IMG/VR virus record: IMGVR_UViG_3300035698_005082
Coordinates: 9,367 to 73,366 of that record
DNA from: a virus
Strand: one strand, 5' to 3'
Length of the DNA stretch: 64,000 nt
Notes under the pieces: generated by a model
Told to the model about the DNA's origin: nothing
Databases searched by the model: none
The model's input: only the letters and a program-made list of their open reading frames with translations
Program-made: the position numbers and the translations under genes
In this document: one piece after another, positions 1 through 9,503 of the stretch
How positions within the stretch are numbered: position 1 is the stretch's first letter
Layout: each line of letters starts with the position of its first letter

Positions 1-43
1 TCCTGGGAATTATTTCCTGGGTGATCAGATTAAAACTGTAAAG

Positions 44-1786
44 ATGTATAGGACTAAAAACCCAACACTATCCTTCTTCGCACCTCAAGGCGGTAGATTC
101 GCTGCCACTGGTAGGCCATTTCAAGACGGCGAGTATGATCTATATGAAGCTGGTAGAATAATAGACACAGAGTCATTAGTATCTAGATCATTCAATAAAA
201 AGAACACCCTAGTGTTCAGAGACGGCTTCTCTATAAAGTCGAAAAACGAGAGAAACTTAGAATATATAAAAAGAAGAATATCTGAAATAGAATACGTATC
301 CCAAAAGTCATTCGATGAGATATTAAGAGAGTATACATATAATCTTATTGCATTTCATAATCCCTACATTGTAAAGGTTAGAAAGAAAAAAGCTTCATCT
401 GGAAACATTAGAAAATATAGGGGTAAGAAAGAAGTACAGCCAGTAGCAGCCTACTATTGCTTGTCTCCAGAGACAATGCAAAAGAGGGTAGACAATGCTG
501 GAGACCCAGTAAGATATAGGCAGTACATAGGTAGTGGTGGAAAGTTCAGAGAATTTGCTGAACATAATATAATATATACACCGTTCAATAAGCGCAGCGG
601 CTTCACAATGGGCACACCGCCCCTGGAAGCTGTAAAAGAAGATATTCTTGCACTAAGAAGAATAGAAGAGTCGGTAGAGACCCTTATATATAAATCACTA
701 TTCCCGATAATACATGTAAGTGTTGGAACAGATAAATTCCCTGCAAAGACATTACCAAATGGAATGTCTGAAGTAGATGCAGCCACAAAGCTTCTAGAAA
801 GTGTTGACGATAATGGTGGAATCGTAACATCTGAAAGGGTAGAGATAAAAGCAATAGGTGCAGAATCTCTTGCTCTAAGAGTAGAAACATATCTTGAATA
901 CTTCAAGAAAAGGGTTTTTGCTGGTCTAGGCATGTCTGCAATAGATTTTGGCGATGGAGATTCTACAGGTAGAGCAACTGGAGAAGTACTATCCTCAGCT
1001 CTTCGTGATTCTGTAATAACCTACCAGTTTATAGTGTCAGAAATGATAACTAAAGAGATATTCACTGAGCTTCTATTAGAGTCAGGTAGATATGAACATC
1101 CATTTGAAATAGATGATAACGACATCGTTGAGCTAATGTTCAACACAGTTGACAGAAGAGAAACTATTAAGATAGAGAGCCATACCTTAAACAAGATGGC
1201 ACATGGGATACTTAAGGTAAACGAAGCTAGAGAAGAATTAAATCTACCACCATTGGAAGATGATGATCTACAGGAATTGCACATGATTAAAATGCAAGAC
1301 TTGGCTAATAAACAAGAAATAGAGCTATTAAAGGAATCTATTAAGGCGCAGCCTAAACCTACCGCAACAGGCGCTACCCTTAGTAAGACTACTACCAAGA
1401 CCAAACCTAAACAATCTAAACAGTCTGGGGCTAAAAATAATACTAAGTCGATTACAAAACCAACTAATCAAAATTCTGATAGCGCTATACTTGTAAACCG
1501 GTTGTCAGTTTATGTAGATAACGTAGGAGATATTGGCTTAGTCATGAACAAAATCCATAGAGAACTTGTAGACTATGCAGTAAAGAAACTATCTCATGGC
1601 CTAATAGATGCTAGAGATTATATTCCAGAAGAAATAGACGACATAGTGAATCAGTATACATCAGAACTATTTGACTTCATATCGGAACCATCTAATGGAT
1701 TTATCCAAATTAGACAACAGTTAAAGAAAACTGTTGACAAATTAAGCATATACGTAAATAATATAGACTCAGGACTACAACAATGA
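44..1786 (+). CDS. portal protein (frame is open from position 2, so the true start may lie upstream of the window)
   Basis: 580 aa, directly before the protease and capsid genes. Portal-like segments GTPPLEAV..DILALRRIEE and GILKVNEAREELNLPPL. No in-frame stop in 2-43. Confidence 0.8.
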   Translation: MYRTKNPTLSFFAPQGGRFAATGRPFQDGEYDLYEAGRIIDTESLVSRSFNKKNTLVFRDGFSIKSKNERNLEYIKRRISEIEYVSQKSFDEILREYTYNLIAFHNPYIVKVRKKKASSGNIRKYRGKKEVQPVAAYYCLSPETMQKRVDNAGDPVRYRQYIGSGGKFREFAEHNIIYTPFNKRSGFTMGTPPLEAVKEDILALRRIEESVETLIYKSLFPIIHVSVGTDKFPAKTLPNGMSEVDAATKLLESVDDNGGIVTSERVEIKAIGAESLALRVETYLEYFKKRVFAGLGMSAIDFGDGDSTGRATGEVLSSALRDSVITYQFIVSEMITKEIFTELLLESGRYEHPFEIDDNDIVELMFNTVDRRETIKIESHTLNKMAHGILKVNEAREELNLPPLEDDDLQELHMIKMQDLANKQEIELLKESIKAQPKPTATGATLSKTTTKTKPKQSKQSGAKNNTKSITKPTNQNSDSAILVNRLSVYVDNVGDIGLVMNKIHRELVDYAVKKLSHGLIDARDYIPEEIDDIVNQYTSELFDFISEPSNGFIQIRQQLKKTVDKLSIYVNNIDSGLQQ

Positions 1787-3510
1787 AACAACACTCTTTT
1801 AAATTAAAACTGAACAAGACATCTAGGGATCTATTAGATAGTGCTAGATCCAAAGGGAAGCTGAAAAAGCTTACTGCTAAAATAGAGGCTACCCATTCAG
1901 GTATAGTTAATAAAAATAAATGGTTTTATACACCTGCTGGTATGAGAGATGGAACGTCTACGTTCACTGAGCCTAATAATAAACCAATATTATTGAACCA
2001 TGATTCTTATAGCGATGCTTTAGGAAGAGTGACAGAAGCTGAATACATATCATATTATGATATTGAAGAAGTAGGCCTGAAAGATACTATAGACTCAGCA
2101 TCTTATATTAGTAATATTAAAGATTTTGTAAAAGGCGACCTCTTTAATGAGGACACCTATAAAGGTCTTGGACATATACTTCTAACTGTGCAGATAACAG
2201 ATGAACTAGCCATTGAGAAACTTCTCGATGGAAGATATCTAACTGTATCTATTAGTGGAGATACAGAACAAGCTGTTTGTTCTGTATGTGGACAAGATAA
2301 TAAAAACCTAAAGGATGGCGAAGAGCCATGCGAGCATCTCAGGGGCGAGATGTATGATGGTGAAGAAGCATTCCTTATAGGCGGCAAGATGTTATTCGAT
2401 GAAGTATCATTCGTTAACAAACCAGCAGATGAGAATGCAAAGGTTAGCTCACTTGGTGACAGCATTAGCCTAGAGGACAGTACCTCGCTTCAAGATTTAA
2501 TAATCTTGGATTTTGAAATTGATAAAACAGGAGATGAGAAATTGAAAATTAAATTATCCGATCTAATTACAGATGATAGTCTGTATAGTAAACTGGATGA
2601 TGCTCTTAAGTCCCTCAACTTGAGCCATCTTTTGGCTGATGATGTGACTTTAAATAAACTAAGAAAAACAAGTTTTCTTTTTAGTGATGAAAGAGCACTA
2701 CCTATTCATTCAGGAGCATACGTTCTAGCTGCATACGCAATACTGGATGAAGTAGAAGATAGTAAAGAAAAAGCAGATGCATTAGCTGTGCTTGACAATA
2801 AGTTCGCTAAGTTATTTGGCAATCTGTCTATAGAAGATGCAACTAATTCCATAAAAAAAGAAGAAGAAGTCATTAAAGATGATAAAGTAGTTGAAAACAT
2901 ACCCGCTTTTGATGTAGACTATGATCTTATTGTTGACAAGATCACTGAGAAGCTAAAAGATCTCTTTAATCTAGACGACTCCTTCTTAGCTAGAAGAAAC
3001 GAATCTCTTGAAGATGAAATGTCTTCACTGGAAGCAGAGAATGTAAAATTGGTTGATTCATTAAGATCAACAATTATCTTGCAAATTCTTCAAGCAGAAG
3101 ATAAGATTTCAGATGAAGGTTATAGAAGTAAGCTTCAGTCAAGAACACTAGATTCGCTCAAGGATAAACTTGACGACCTTTTGCCTAGCGCAAATGTCGA
3201 AGATGATGGTGCAACTGATGGTGACGATAAAGGCATTTCTGATAGTCAAAAGTTAGATTCTTACGGAAACGTTATTACAGATACAGACGCCAGCATCCAA
3301 GATGCGGTAGAAAACGAAGGTGAAGAGACTCAGCTTGCTGATGAAGCACCCAATAAAGATTTGGATGACGACGAAAGCGACAAGCTGACGATTAACCAAA
3401 TCAGAGATGAGTATAAAAAACTCATTCAAAAGAAAGGAATGAGAGCAGCTTCTGGTTACTTATCAGATCTAAGGGAAGCTAAAAAGCTACCTACTAATTT
3501 TACCTTTTAA
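1783..3510 (+). CDS. prohead protease with fused acidic scaffold domain
   Basis: N-half has ILLNH, DGRYLTVSISG, a CSVCG..CEH zinc motif and FDEVSFVNKPAD, typical of phage prohead proteases. C-half is D/E-rich and helical. Lies between portal and capsid genes. Confidence 0.8.
   Translation: MKQHSFKLKLNKTSRDLLDSARSKGKLKKLTAKIEATHSGIVNKNKWFYTPAGMRDGTSTFTEPNNKPILLNHDSYSDALGRVTEAEYISYYDIEEVGLKDTIDSASYISNIKDFVKGDLFNEDTYKGLGHILLTVQITDELAIEKLLDGRYLTVSISGDTEQAVCSVCGQDNKNLKDGEEPCEHLRGEMYDGEEAFLIGGKMLFDEVSFVNKPADENAKVSSLGDSISLEDSTSLQDLIILDFEIDKTGDEKLKIKLSDLITDDSLYSKLDDALKSLNLSHLLADDVTLNKLRKTSFLFSDERALPIHSGAYVLAAYAILDEVEDSKEKADALAVLDNKFAKLFGNLSIEDATNSIKKEEEVIKDDKVVENIPAFDVDYDLIVDKITEKLKDLFNLDDSFLARRNESLEDEMSSLEAENVKLVDSLRSTIILQILQAEDKISDEGYRSKLQSRTLDSLKDKLDDLLPSANVEDDGATDGDDKGISDSQKLDSYGNVITDTDASIQDAVENEGEETQLADEAPNKDLDDDESDKLTINQIRDEYKKLIQKKGMRAASGYLSDLREAKKLPTNFTF
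2542..3510 (+). CDS. putative nested scaffolding protein (internal in-frame TTG start, 322 aa)
   Basis: AGGAG at 2529-2533, 8 nt before an in-frame TTG at 2542, at the protease/scaffold boundary. Confidence 0.5.
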   Translation: MKIKLSDLITDDSLYSKLDDALKSLNLSHLLADDVTLNKLRKTSFLFSDERALPIHSGAYVLAAYAILDEVEDSKEKADALAVLDNKFAKLFGNLSIEDATNSIKKEEEVIKDDKVVENIPAFDVDYDLIVDKITEKLKDLFNLDDSFLARRNESLEDEMSSLEAENVKLVDSLRSTIILQILQAEDKISDEGYRSKLQSRTLDSLKDKLDDLLPSANVEDDGATDGDDKGISDSQKLDSYGNVITDTDASIQDAVENEGEETQLADEAPNKDLDDDESDKLTINQIRDEYKKLIQKKGMRAASGYLSDLREAKKLPTNFTF

Positions 3511-3538
3511 AAATAAATATTAAGGAGAACAAATAAAA

Positions 3539-4477
3539 ATGGCTAACAATCCTTACAGTCTAATTCACAACCAAGCTGGTGGTGTCAAGTATAAGCAATT
3601 TGACGAACAGGGCCACATTACACCAAACTTCGAATTCTCAGAAGGTATTCGTCCAGCTGGTTCTTTTATGCCAGCACCTTATCTTCCTGCCGTTCGCTTC
3701 AATGTTTACTTTGAAGAGTTCATTGTGCTTTCAGGTGGTAAAGTAGTATCTTTCGATTCATCTGGCTATGTAGTACCTGCAGGTTTAAGAAAAGAAGCTG
3801 CAGCTTATAAAGCTGACTTTGATGTAAATGGTGAAGTATCTGCCGATGCACTAGTGACAGTTCGATATTCACAAAATGACGTAACTCGCGGAGTTTTCAA
3901 CTCTGCCGGTGTTGCCGTAGTTGATGGTGAACCAGTAGTTAAATCAATGTTCGATATCGCAACTGGTGCGCCACTTGCTGAGTTTGTAACTATTTCAAAC
4001 CCTGTTGGGCTTGCATCATATAACTACTGGACACATCCAGGTGGTAACGGTGAAAACCCAGCACAATATAATGTTCAAAACTATAACTTGCAAAACAAGG
4101 TTGCATTCTTGACCGACTATGTCGTTCAGATGCCAGCAGTAACAGATAAGGCTACATATGATGCAGCTCCATACGCAGGTATGGGAGCATTGGTAGCAAC
4201 AGTTGTTAAGCCTGGCATGTTTGTATCTTATGATGCGGACTCTAATTTCTCAGTCATTGGCTATGAGATTGGTGCAGTTGATGCTGGTGAAGTAATCGGA
4301 CAAGTACTAGAAGTTGATACCAACTTTCCAAAAGACCTATTAGATCAGGTTAGAACTAGATACACAGAATTTGGTGAACTAGAAAAAATGCCAGGTAGTG
4401 CCACAGAAGGCAAGCCTGACACAATTACATACTCTGGTGGGTATGGACTAGTTACAATCAATCTAATTAATAGATAA
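3539..4477 (+). CDS. head structural/decoration protein
   Basis: 312 aa, strong AGGAG RBS, immediately upstream of the major capsid gene. Codon style resembles the capsid gene. Confidence 0.55.
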   Translation: MANNPYSLIHNQAGGVKYKQFDEQGHITPNFEFSEGIRPAGSFMPAPYLPAVRFNVYFEEFIVLSGGKVVSFDSSGYVVPAGLRKEAAAYKADFDVNGEVSADALVTVRYSQNDVTRGVFNSAGVAVVDGEPVVKSMFDIATGAPLAEFVTISNPVGLASYNYWTHPGGNGENPAQYNVQNYNLQNKVAFLTDYVVQMPAVTDKATYDAAPYAGMGALVATVVKPGMFVSYDADSNFSVIGYEIGAVDAGEVIGQVLEVDTNFPKDLLDQVRTRYTEFGELEKMPGSATEGKPDTITYSGGYGLVTINLINR

Positions 4478-4494
4478 TAGGAGCATAATAAAAA

Positions 4495-5709
4495 ATGACA
4501 GTTTTAAGAGACTACTGGACTCCAGAAGAGCTAGCAATAAAAGACGACATCCAAGATTTCCGTTTTGTTTTCCGTAATGGTGGTAAAACACCAGATGGCG
4601 ACAAGATGAGCATCGAAGATGCTATCTCAACCCCTAGTTCTCCTATGATGTTCAAACGAGTAATCACAGAAGTGATTCAAGAGGCAATCGAGCCTAACCT
4701 AATCGGAACTTCACTGCTTAATCGTATTGACTACGACGGCTATGGAAATACGATCACCTTTGGCACCATGGGTGCCATCTCTGGTGAGTTGGATATGGCA
4801 GAAGGTCAAGAATATCCAGAATTCGGCGTTCAAGTCGGAAATGGTACAGTCACTGCAAACATCGGTAAGTCCGGTCTTGCAATGAAGATAACCGAAGAAA
4901 TGATCAAGTACTCTCAATGGGATGTTATCGGTCTTCACCTTCGTGCAGCTGGACGTGCTCTAGCTAGACACAAAGAAAGAAAGATTTTCGATATGCTAAA
5001 TTCTATGGGTGTAGTTGTCTTTGACAATGCTGCTCCTACTACTTCTGAAATCGGACGTACTACAGGTCGTGACTTGACTGGCGCTGGTAACGGTTCCATG
5101 ACAATGGATGACTTGTTCGACATGTATGCTAAAACACTTGAAAGAGGATTCACACCGGATACAATCCTGGTGCATCCACTTACTTGGGCAACATGGCTTA
5201 AGGATCCAGTTTTAAGAGAATTCGCTCTTAATTCAGGCGGCGGACAATGGTATGGTGGTTTCAATGGAAGCCTATCACCACAGACTCCTGCTGTTTGGAA
5301 TAACCTAGGTAAAATGCAAGCTCCTTCGGCAGCTGATGCACCACTAGGAGAGAGAGTCGGAACTCAGAACTCTACTCCAGTAATTCCTTCATACTTCCCA
5401 TTCGGTGGTTTGAAGATTATTGCTACTCCTCAGGTTCCTTTTGATACAGCGACCAAGACCACTTCTATCGTAATGATGGACTCGAAAGAGCTAGGTGCTT
5501 TGGTTGTTGCAGAAGATCCAATGATGAAAGAGTGGAACGATCCAGCTAGAGATATCCTAAAGATCAAGCTTAGAGAAAGATATGGAATGATTTTATTCAA
5601 CGAAGGTCTTGCAGTTTCGATTGCTAGAAATATCAGCGTTGAATCAAATGAAATCGTACTACCTCCTCAGGCTACAATCGCAGGGATAGCTCCTATAGTA
5701 CGCAAGTAA
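4495..5709 (+). CDS. major capsid protein (HK97 fold)
   Basis: 404 aa, AGGAG RBS, followed by a strong terminator. Capsid-like motifs AEGQEYPE, KSGLAMKITEEMI, AGRALARHKE, PDTILVHP, KLRERYG. Confidence 0.9.
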   Translation: MTVLRDYWTPEELAIKDDIQDFRFVFRNGGKTPDGDKMSIEDAISTPSSPMMFKRVITEVIQEAIEPNLIGTSLLNRIDYDGYGNTITFGTMGAISGELDMAEGQEYPEFGVQVGNGTVTANIGKSGLAMKITEEMIKYSQWDVIGLHLRAAGRALARHKERKIFDMLNSMGVVVFDNAAPTTSEIGRTTGRDLTGAGNGSMTMDDLFDMYAKTLERGFTPDTILVHPLTWATWLKDPVLREFALNSGGGQWYGGFNGSLSPQTPAVWNNLGKMQAPSAADAPLGERVGTQNSTPVIPSYFPFGGLKIIATPQVPFDTATKTTSIVMMDSKELGALVVAEDPMMKEWNDPARDILKIKLRERYGMILFNEGLAVSIARNISVESNEIVLPPQATIAGIAPIVRK

Positions 5710-5740
5710 ATAGAAGCAATATCTTAGGGATGACCTAATA

Positions 5741-5772
5741 AAGGGGTGAGCATGAAGCTCACCCCTTTTTTT
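5741..5772 (+). terminator. rho-independent terminator after the major capsid gene
   Basis: AAGGGGTGAGC-ATGAA-GCTCACCCCTT perfect 11-bp stem running into a T tract. Confidence 0.9.
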
Positions 5773-5793
5773 GTTAGGTGTAAAACATTTTTA

Positions 5794-5802
5794 TGGTATA
5801 CT
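5794..5802 (+). promoter_or_regulatory. possible extended -10 promoter element
   Basis: TGgTATACT just downstream of the terminator and 30 nt before the next ATG. No convincing -35. Confidence 0.35.
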
Positions 5803-5831
5803 AGAAACAATTAAAACATTAGAGGAAAATC

Positions 5832-6332
5832 ATGTTAATTAAAATATCTTTACTAAAGAAGTCGTTCTTCTTCCTAGATGGTCTAAATTTAAAAAAGGCT
5901 GATGGTGAAGTTGAGATAGAACTATCTACAAAAACAGATGCGTTCAAAGCAACAATAGCTAGATCCATATCATCTGGCATACTTAGGTCTGATACAGATC
6001 CATCAGAAGTATTATCATTGATTGAAGATAATCTATTCAAAGATAATCTTAAGGCAGTAATACTGCCAATAGGAAATGACTTTATTGATGTAGTGGAATC
6101 AGAAGTGGAAATAATGGACGTAGAAGTAGAGGAAGTTATAGCGCCCCCAGAAGCGGAGCAAATAGATGCTGCAGTAGATGGCAAAGTGTTTGATATCTTG
6201 AAGGGTACAAACAAGAGTGTTTCTGCAAAAATAAGAACAGCTAATCTATCTGACTCTGATAAAGAGACGCTTCTTAATAGAGAAATTAGTACTAAGAATA
6301 GAACGGTTATTAAAAAGCTACTAGGGGCTTAA
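5832..6332 (+). CDS. hypothetical head-associated protein
   Basis: 166 aa, GAGG RBS, acidic linker and a short helical C-terminal domain (LLNREISTKNRTVIKKLL). Follows the capsid gene. Confidence 0.6.
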   Translation: MLIKISLLKKSFFFLDGLNLKKADGEVEIELSTKTDAFKATIARSISSGILRSDTDPSEVLSLIEDNLFKDNLKAVILPIGNDFIDVVESEVEIMDVEVEEVIAPPEAEQIDAAVDGKVFDILKGTNKSVSAKIRTANLSDSDKETLLNREISTKNRTVIKKLLGA

Positions 6333-6333
6333 T

Positions 6334-7446
6334 GTGTATAATTCACTAAGAGTAGAAGATGTACTCAATAGTGATGAGGAGTTACTAGCTTTTCCAATTG
6401 AAGGCACTATTAGAATTGCCTTTGACGGAAAGCCTGACTCTTATCTTCTTGATAGATACACTTATATAATAAGGCATGATTCGGATATAGATACCGCATT
6501 GCCTAATATTGGTGATAGATTTATTAGGGCTATTGGAGACGTAAATGTAGATAGATATGACGTTGTGCCAACTAGATCAGAGTCTAGTTTGGTTGATGGG
6601 TTATGGGTATTGTCATTGACGCCGGAAGAAGCACTTATTCCAAATGCGGAATACTATGCTGTAATAAGCAAAAACTTACTACCGGAATACTACTCTAGTG
6701 AAAAAATAATATCACTTGGAAGTTCTTCTATACAGATACAGACTGACACGTCTGGAAATGGGGAAGATGCAACATACGTTGTAAACATAAGTACACAATC
6801 AGAGTTATCAACAGGATCGCACATAATAGAGTTTTCTGTCTTAAAAGATGGATTGTCTTATGCCGCATCTGTAACTATGGATATCAGGAAAGATCGTTAT
6901 GAACTTTCTGATGGTGTATGGGTTTACTTCGATCCTAACGTGCCTTTCCTTGTAGGGGAAAGTTTTAGAGTAATCTGCACAACGTTCACAAGAATTGGTG
7001 AGACGCTACTACAACCAATTTCAACAAATATTCAGTCTAACCTCATCCAGCCTAGTCCTGAGATCCAATCTCAGCGTGTTGGAGAGTCTGATATAATAAA
7101 GTTTTATGAGGATAACGGTTGGGCATCAAGAGTCCCTGACAATGGCCCTGTGGCCGTTGGAAGCATAGTTGACTTAAGCTATGAATTCGTATACCCGAAT
7201 ACTATAATTATAGAGACTGGATCAGTCATAGATCCAGCTACATTGACTACAGATAAGATAAGTGTAGAAATTAGCTATGCCTTCGGCAACTACATGCTTA
7301 CAAACATGGGGCTATATAATGAGGATGCAAAATATAGCATAACATACTCAATACATAGTGGAACTAAAATAGTTATTATAGTAGATATAAGTGATGTGGT
7401 ACCTAGTGGTCAAGACTTTATAGTGATTAATGGTGATGCTCCATAA
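6334..7446 (+). CDS. virion structural protein with Ig-like (Big_5-like) segment
   Basis: 370 aa, beta-rich. LSLTPEEALIPNAEYYAVIS resembles the Big_5 pattern. Confidence 0.5.
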   Translation: MYNSLRVEDVLNSDEELLAFPIEGTIRIAFDGKPDSYLLDRYTYIIRHDSDIDTALPNIGDRFIRAIGDVNVDRYDVVPTRSESSLVDGLWVLSLTPEEALIPNAEYYAVISKNLLPEYYSSEKIISLGSSSIQIQTDTSGNGEDATYVVNISTQSELSTGSHIIEFSVLKDGLSYAASVTMDIRKDRYELSDGVWVYFDPNVPFLVGESFRVICTTFTRIGETLLQPISTNIQSNLIQPSPEIQSQRVGESDIIKFYEDNGWASRVPDNGPVAVGSIVDLSYEFVYPNTIIIETGSVIDPATLTTDKISVEISYAFGNYMLTNMGLYNEDAKYSITYSIHSGTKIVIIVDISDVVPSGQDFIVINGDAP

Positions 7447-8960
7447 TGAGTGAAACATATGAAAGCTTATTTGATGCTTATATTTCTCATAAGACACATC
7501 AACATTTGGACTTCTCCGTTATTCATTATGAGAATGCAGGTGAGCTAGTTGCAAAGTACAGATATGATCCCACATCATTGTGGGATACAGACATAAGCCA
7601 ATGGGTGGGGATACCAGAGGATACAACCAGAACCTCAATTGAGGCAGAGCCATTAACAAATATGCCATCATTCTTTGATCAGGATGGGATAAAAATTAGA
7701 CCATTCAGGGCAAACACCGGAGCCACAAAAAATTTCTTGTCTTCAAGATTTGCATGGATGGATGGATTCGATGCAACACCATACCTTTCTTTTGTACACA
7801 GAAACAATCTTAATGGAACAACATCCCTAGCCCTACTAGACGGCTCTCAGATTAATGAGAACATAGAGATCAAGTTTGGGGAATTCTTTCTTCTTACAAA
7901 TAACATAAAAAGTATTAAACGATTTAATATAAAGACAGAGTTATTACAGGATGATAATAACTCAACTGCATTTGTTAATCTAATATCTGCTCTAGACTAT
8001 CCAGACTCAACAGAGAAGGGTAAGCCAGACTCATTTATTAAATGGGAACTAGGATATGGACCCATAAGTAAAGATCAAAGACCGACATTCCTCAAAGAAT
8101 ACCCAGATATAAAACCAAGTGTAAACAGACTGGTTCACTCAGAAAATAGAAGAAGATGGGATAGCTTAAGATCTGATTGTATGACATGGATAGATATATA
8201 TGATAAGTCTAATATAAATTATGACTTGGCGTCTAAGGCAGCTGATCCAAAAAGTACAATATGCAATATACGAGCAACAGTAGATGTTGCTAAACTAAAG
8301 ATATATTTAGAAGAAAAGTTTGATCATGATTCATATGCTTCTGGATCTATGCAATATGACATTATATTATATCCGCCATCTATGTATTTATATCCTGCAG
8401 ATTCTGTAATATCCGTAATAGAGCCATTAGTTAATAACTCAAACGTATTCGCTGATAAAATAATATTCGAAGTTCAGAATTCCTTTAAGTCAGATGGTAA
8501 TTTTCATTACAAGATAGATTTTACACAGTTTGATACTAAAGCAAAACCAGTATATACTACATCTTCATTTGGTGCTCACTCTAATCATGAACCAGATAAC
8601 TGGTTCTTTTCTATAGATGGTATGGAAACATGGAATCCAATATTAGGGTCAAAGCCAACCTTTGACAACTTCTTTAGGGAAGGACACGGTGCAGACGCAA
8701 ACTTCACAACACACATAAAATATGTTTTCACATCTGATGTATTTGATATAGTAAGAGATTCATCAGTAATAACATTTAAAATAAGTCAGCTGGATGGAAC
8801 ACTTGTTCACTTCGCTGGAAGAAAGTTCTCCATGCCATATGAAAACGATATGGCAGACGGAGTACTAAGAGAGGATAAATTTTCATTACCTTATTCAAGC
8901 TTCATGCTTCTTGATAGTGAAAATAACTTTTTAGTTAAATATCTAAACGAAATCTCGTAA
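7446..8960 (+). CDS. hypothetical virion protein
   Basis: 504-aa ORF coupled to the previous gene by a TAATG overlap. Confidence 0.6.
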   Translation: MSETYESLFDAYISHKTHQHLDFSVIHYENAGELVAKYRYDPTSLWDTDISQWVGIPEDTTRTSIEAEPLTNMPSFFDQDGIKIRPFRANTGATKNFLSSRFAWMDGFDATPYLSFVHRNNLNGTTSLALLDGSQINENIEIKFGEFFLLTNNIKSIKRFNIKTELLQDDNNSTAFVNLISALDYPDSTEKGKPDSFIKWELGYGPISKDQRPTFLKEYPDIKPSVNRLVHSENRRRWDSLRSDCMTWIDIYDKSNINYDLASKAADPKSTICNIRATVDVAKLKIYLEEKFDHDSYASGSMQYDIILYPPSMYLYPADSVISVIEPLVNNSNVFADKIIFEVQNSFKSDGNFHYKIDFTQFDTKAKPVYTTSSFGAHSNHEPDNWFFSIDGMETWNPILGSKPTFDNFFREGHGADANFTTHIKYVFTSDVFDIVRDSSVITFKISQLDGTLVHFAGRKFSMPYENDMADGVLREDKFSLPYSSFMLLDSENNFLVKYLNEIS

Positions 8961-8984
8961 AGACAAATACAATAGGATAAAAAT

Positions 8985-9503
8985 ATGGCTAACATAGTCT
9001 TAAGATTAAGCTCTGGCGATCTAGTAACAACTACCTCCAATGGAGCAAACAGTTCACTCGGAGGCCAAATGGGTACTGATAGTAATGCAATACTCACCAC
9101 GGCAAATACAACATTAAATAACCTTTTTGATAATATATCTAAGCTGGAAAATGGCAATGGTGTAACTGATTATAGGTGTGTATATATACATAACGATACA
9201 GCAGTACCAGGAGAAGTCTTTGCTAATGGCGTAATATTTCTACAAGCAAGCACAAAGGCGACTATTGAAATAGGTGTTGGCACTAAGGGTGTTCTAGATG
9301 AGCTGATTGCCTCTGAGACCACAGCCCCTGCGGCAATAGTGTTCTCTTCTCCTACAGAAGGGGCTCCTCTACAGATAAGCGTAGATGACATTATAGACGT
9401 TGGAGAATCTGTACCAGTATGGATAAAAAGAACTGCCAATAACGTAGCTGGCGCAGGAACTATAACTGATATTATATCAATGGTTGTTAGAGGAATTGAA
9501 TGA
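8985..9503 (+). CDS. small beta-rich virion protein
   Basis: 172 aa, AGGA RBS. SLGG..NNLFD.I...E...G..DYRCVYIHN and VWIKRT pattern recalled from phage structural proteins. Confidence 0.55.
   Translation: MANIVLRLSSGDLVTTTSNGANSSLGGQMGTDSNAILTTANTTLNNLFDNISKLENGNGVTDYRCVYIHNDTAVPGEVFANGVIFLQASTKATIEIGVGTKGVLDELIASETTAPAAIVFSSPTEGAPLQISVDDIIDVGESVPVWIKRTANNVAGAGTITDIISMVVRGIE

Noticed and set aside
1-3500. Apparently frequent CTAG/TCTAGA sites
   Set aside because: A rough count (about one per 250 nt) is near expectation for this base composition.
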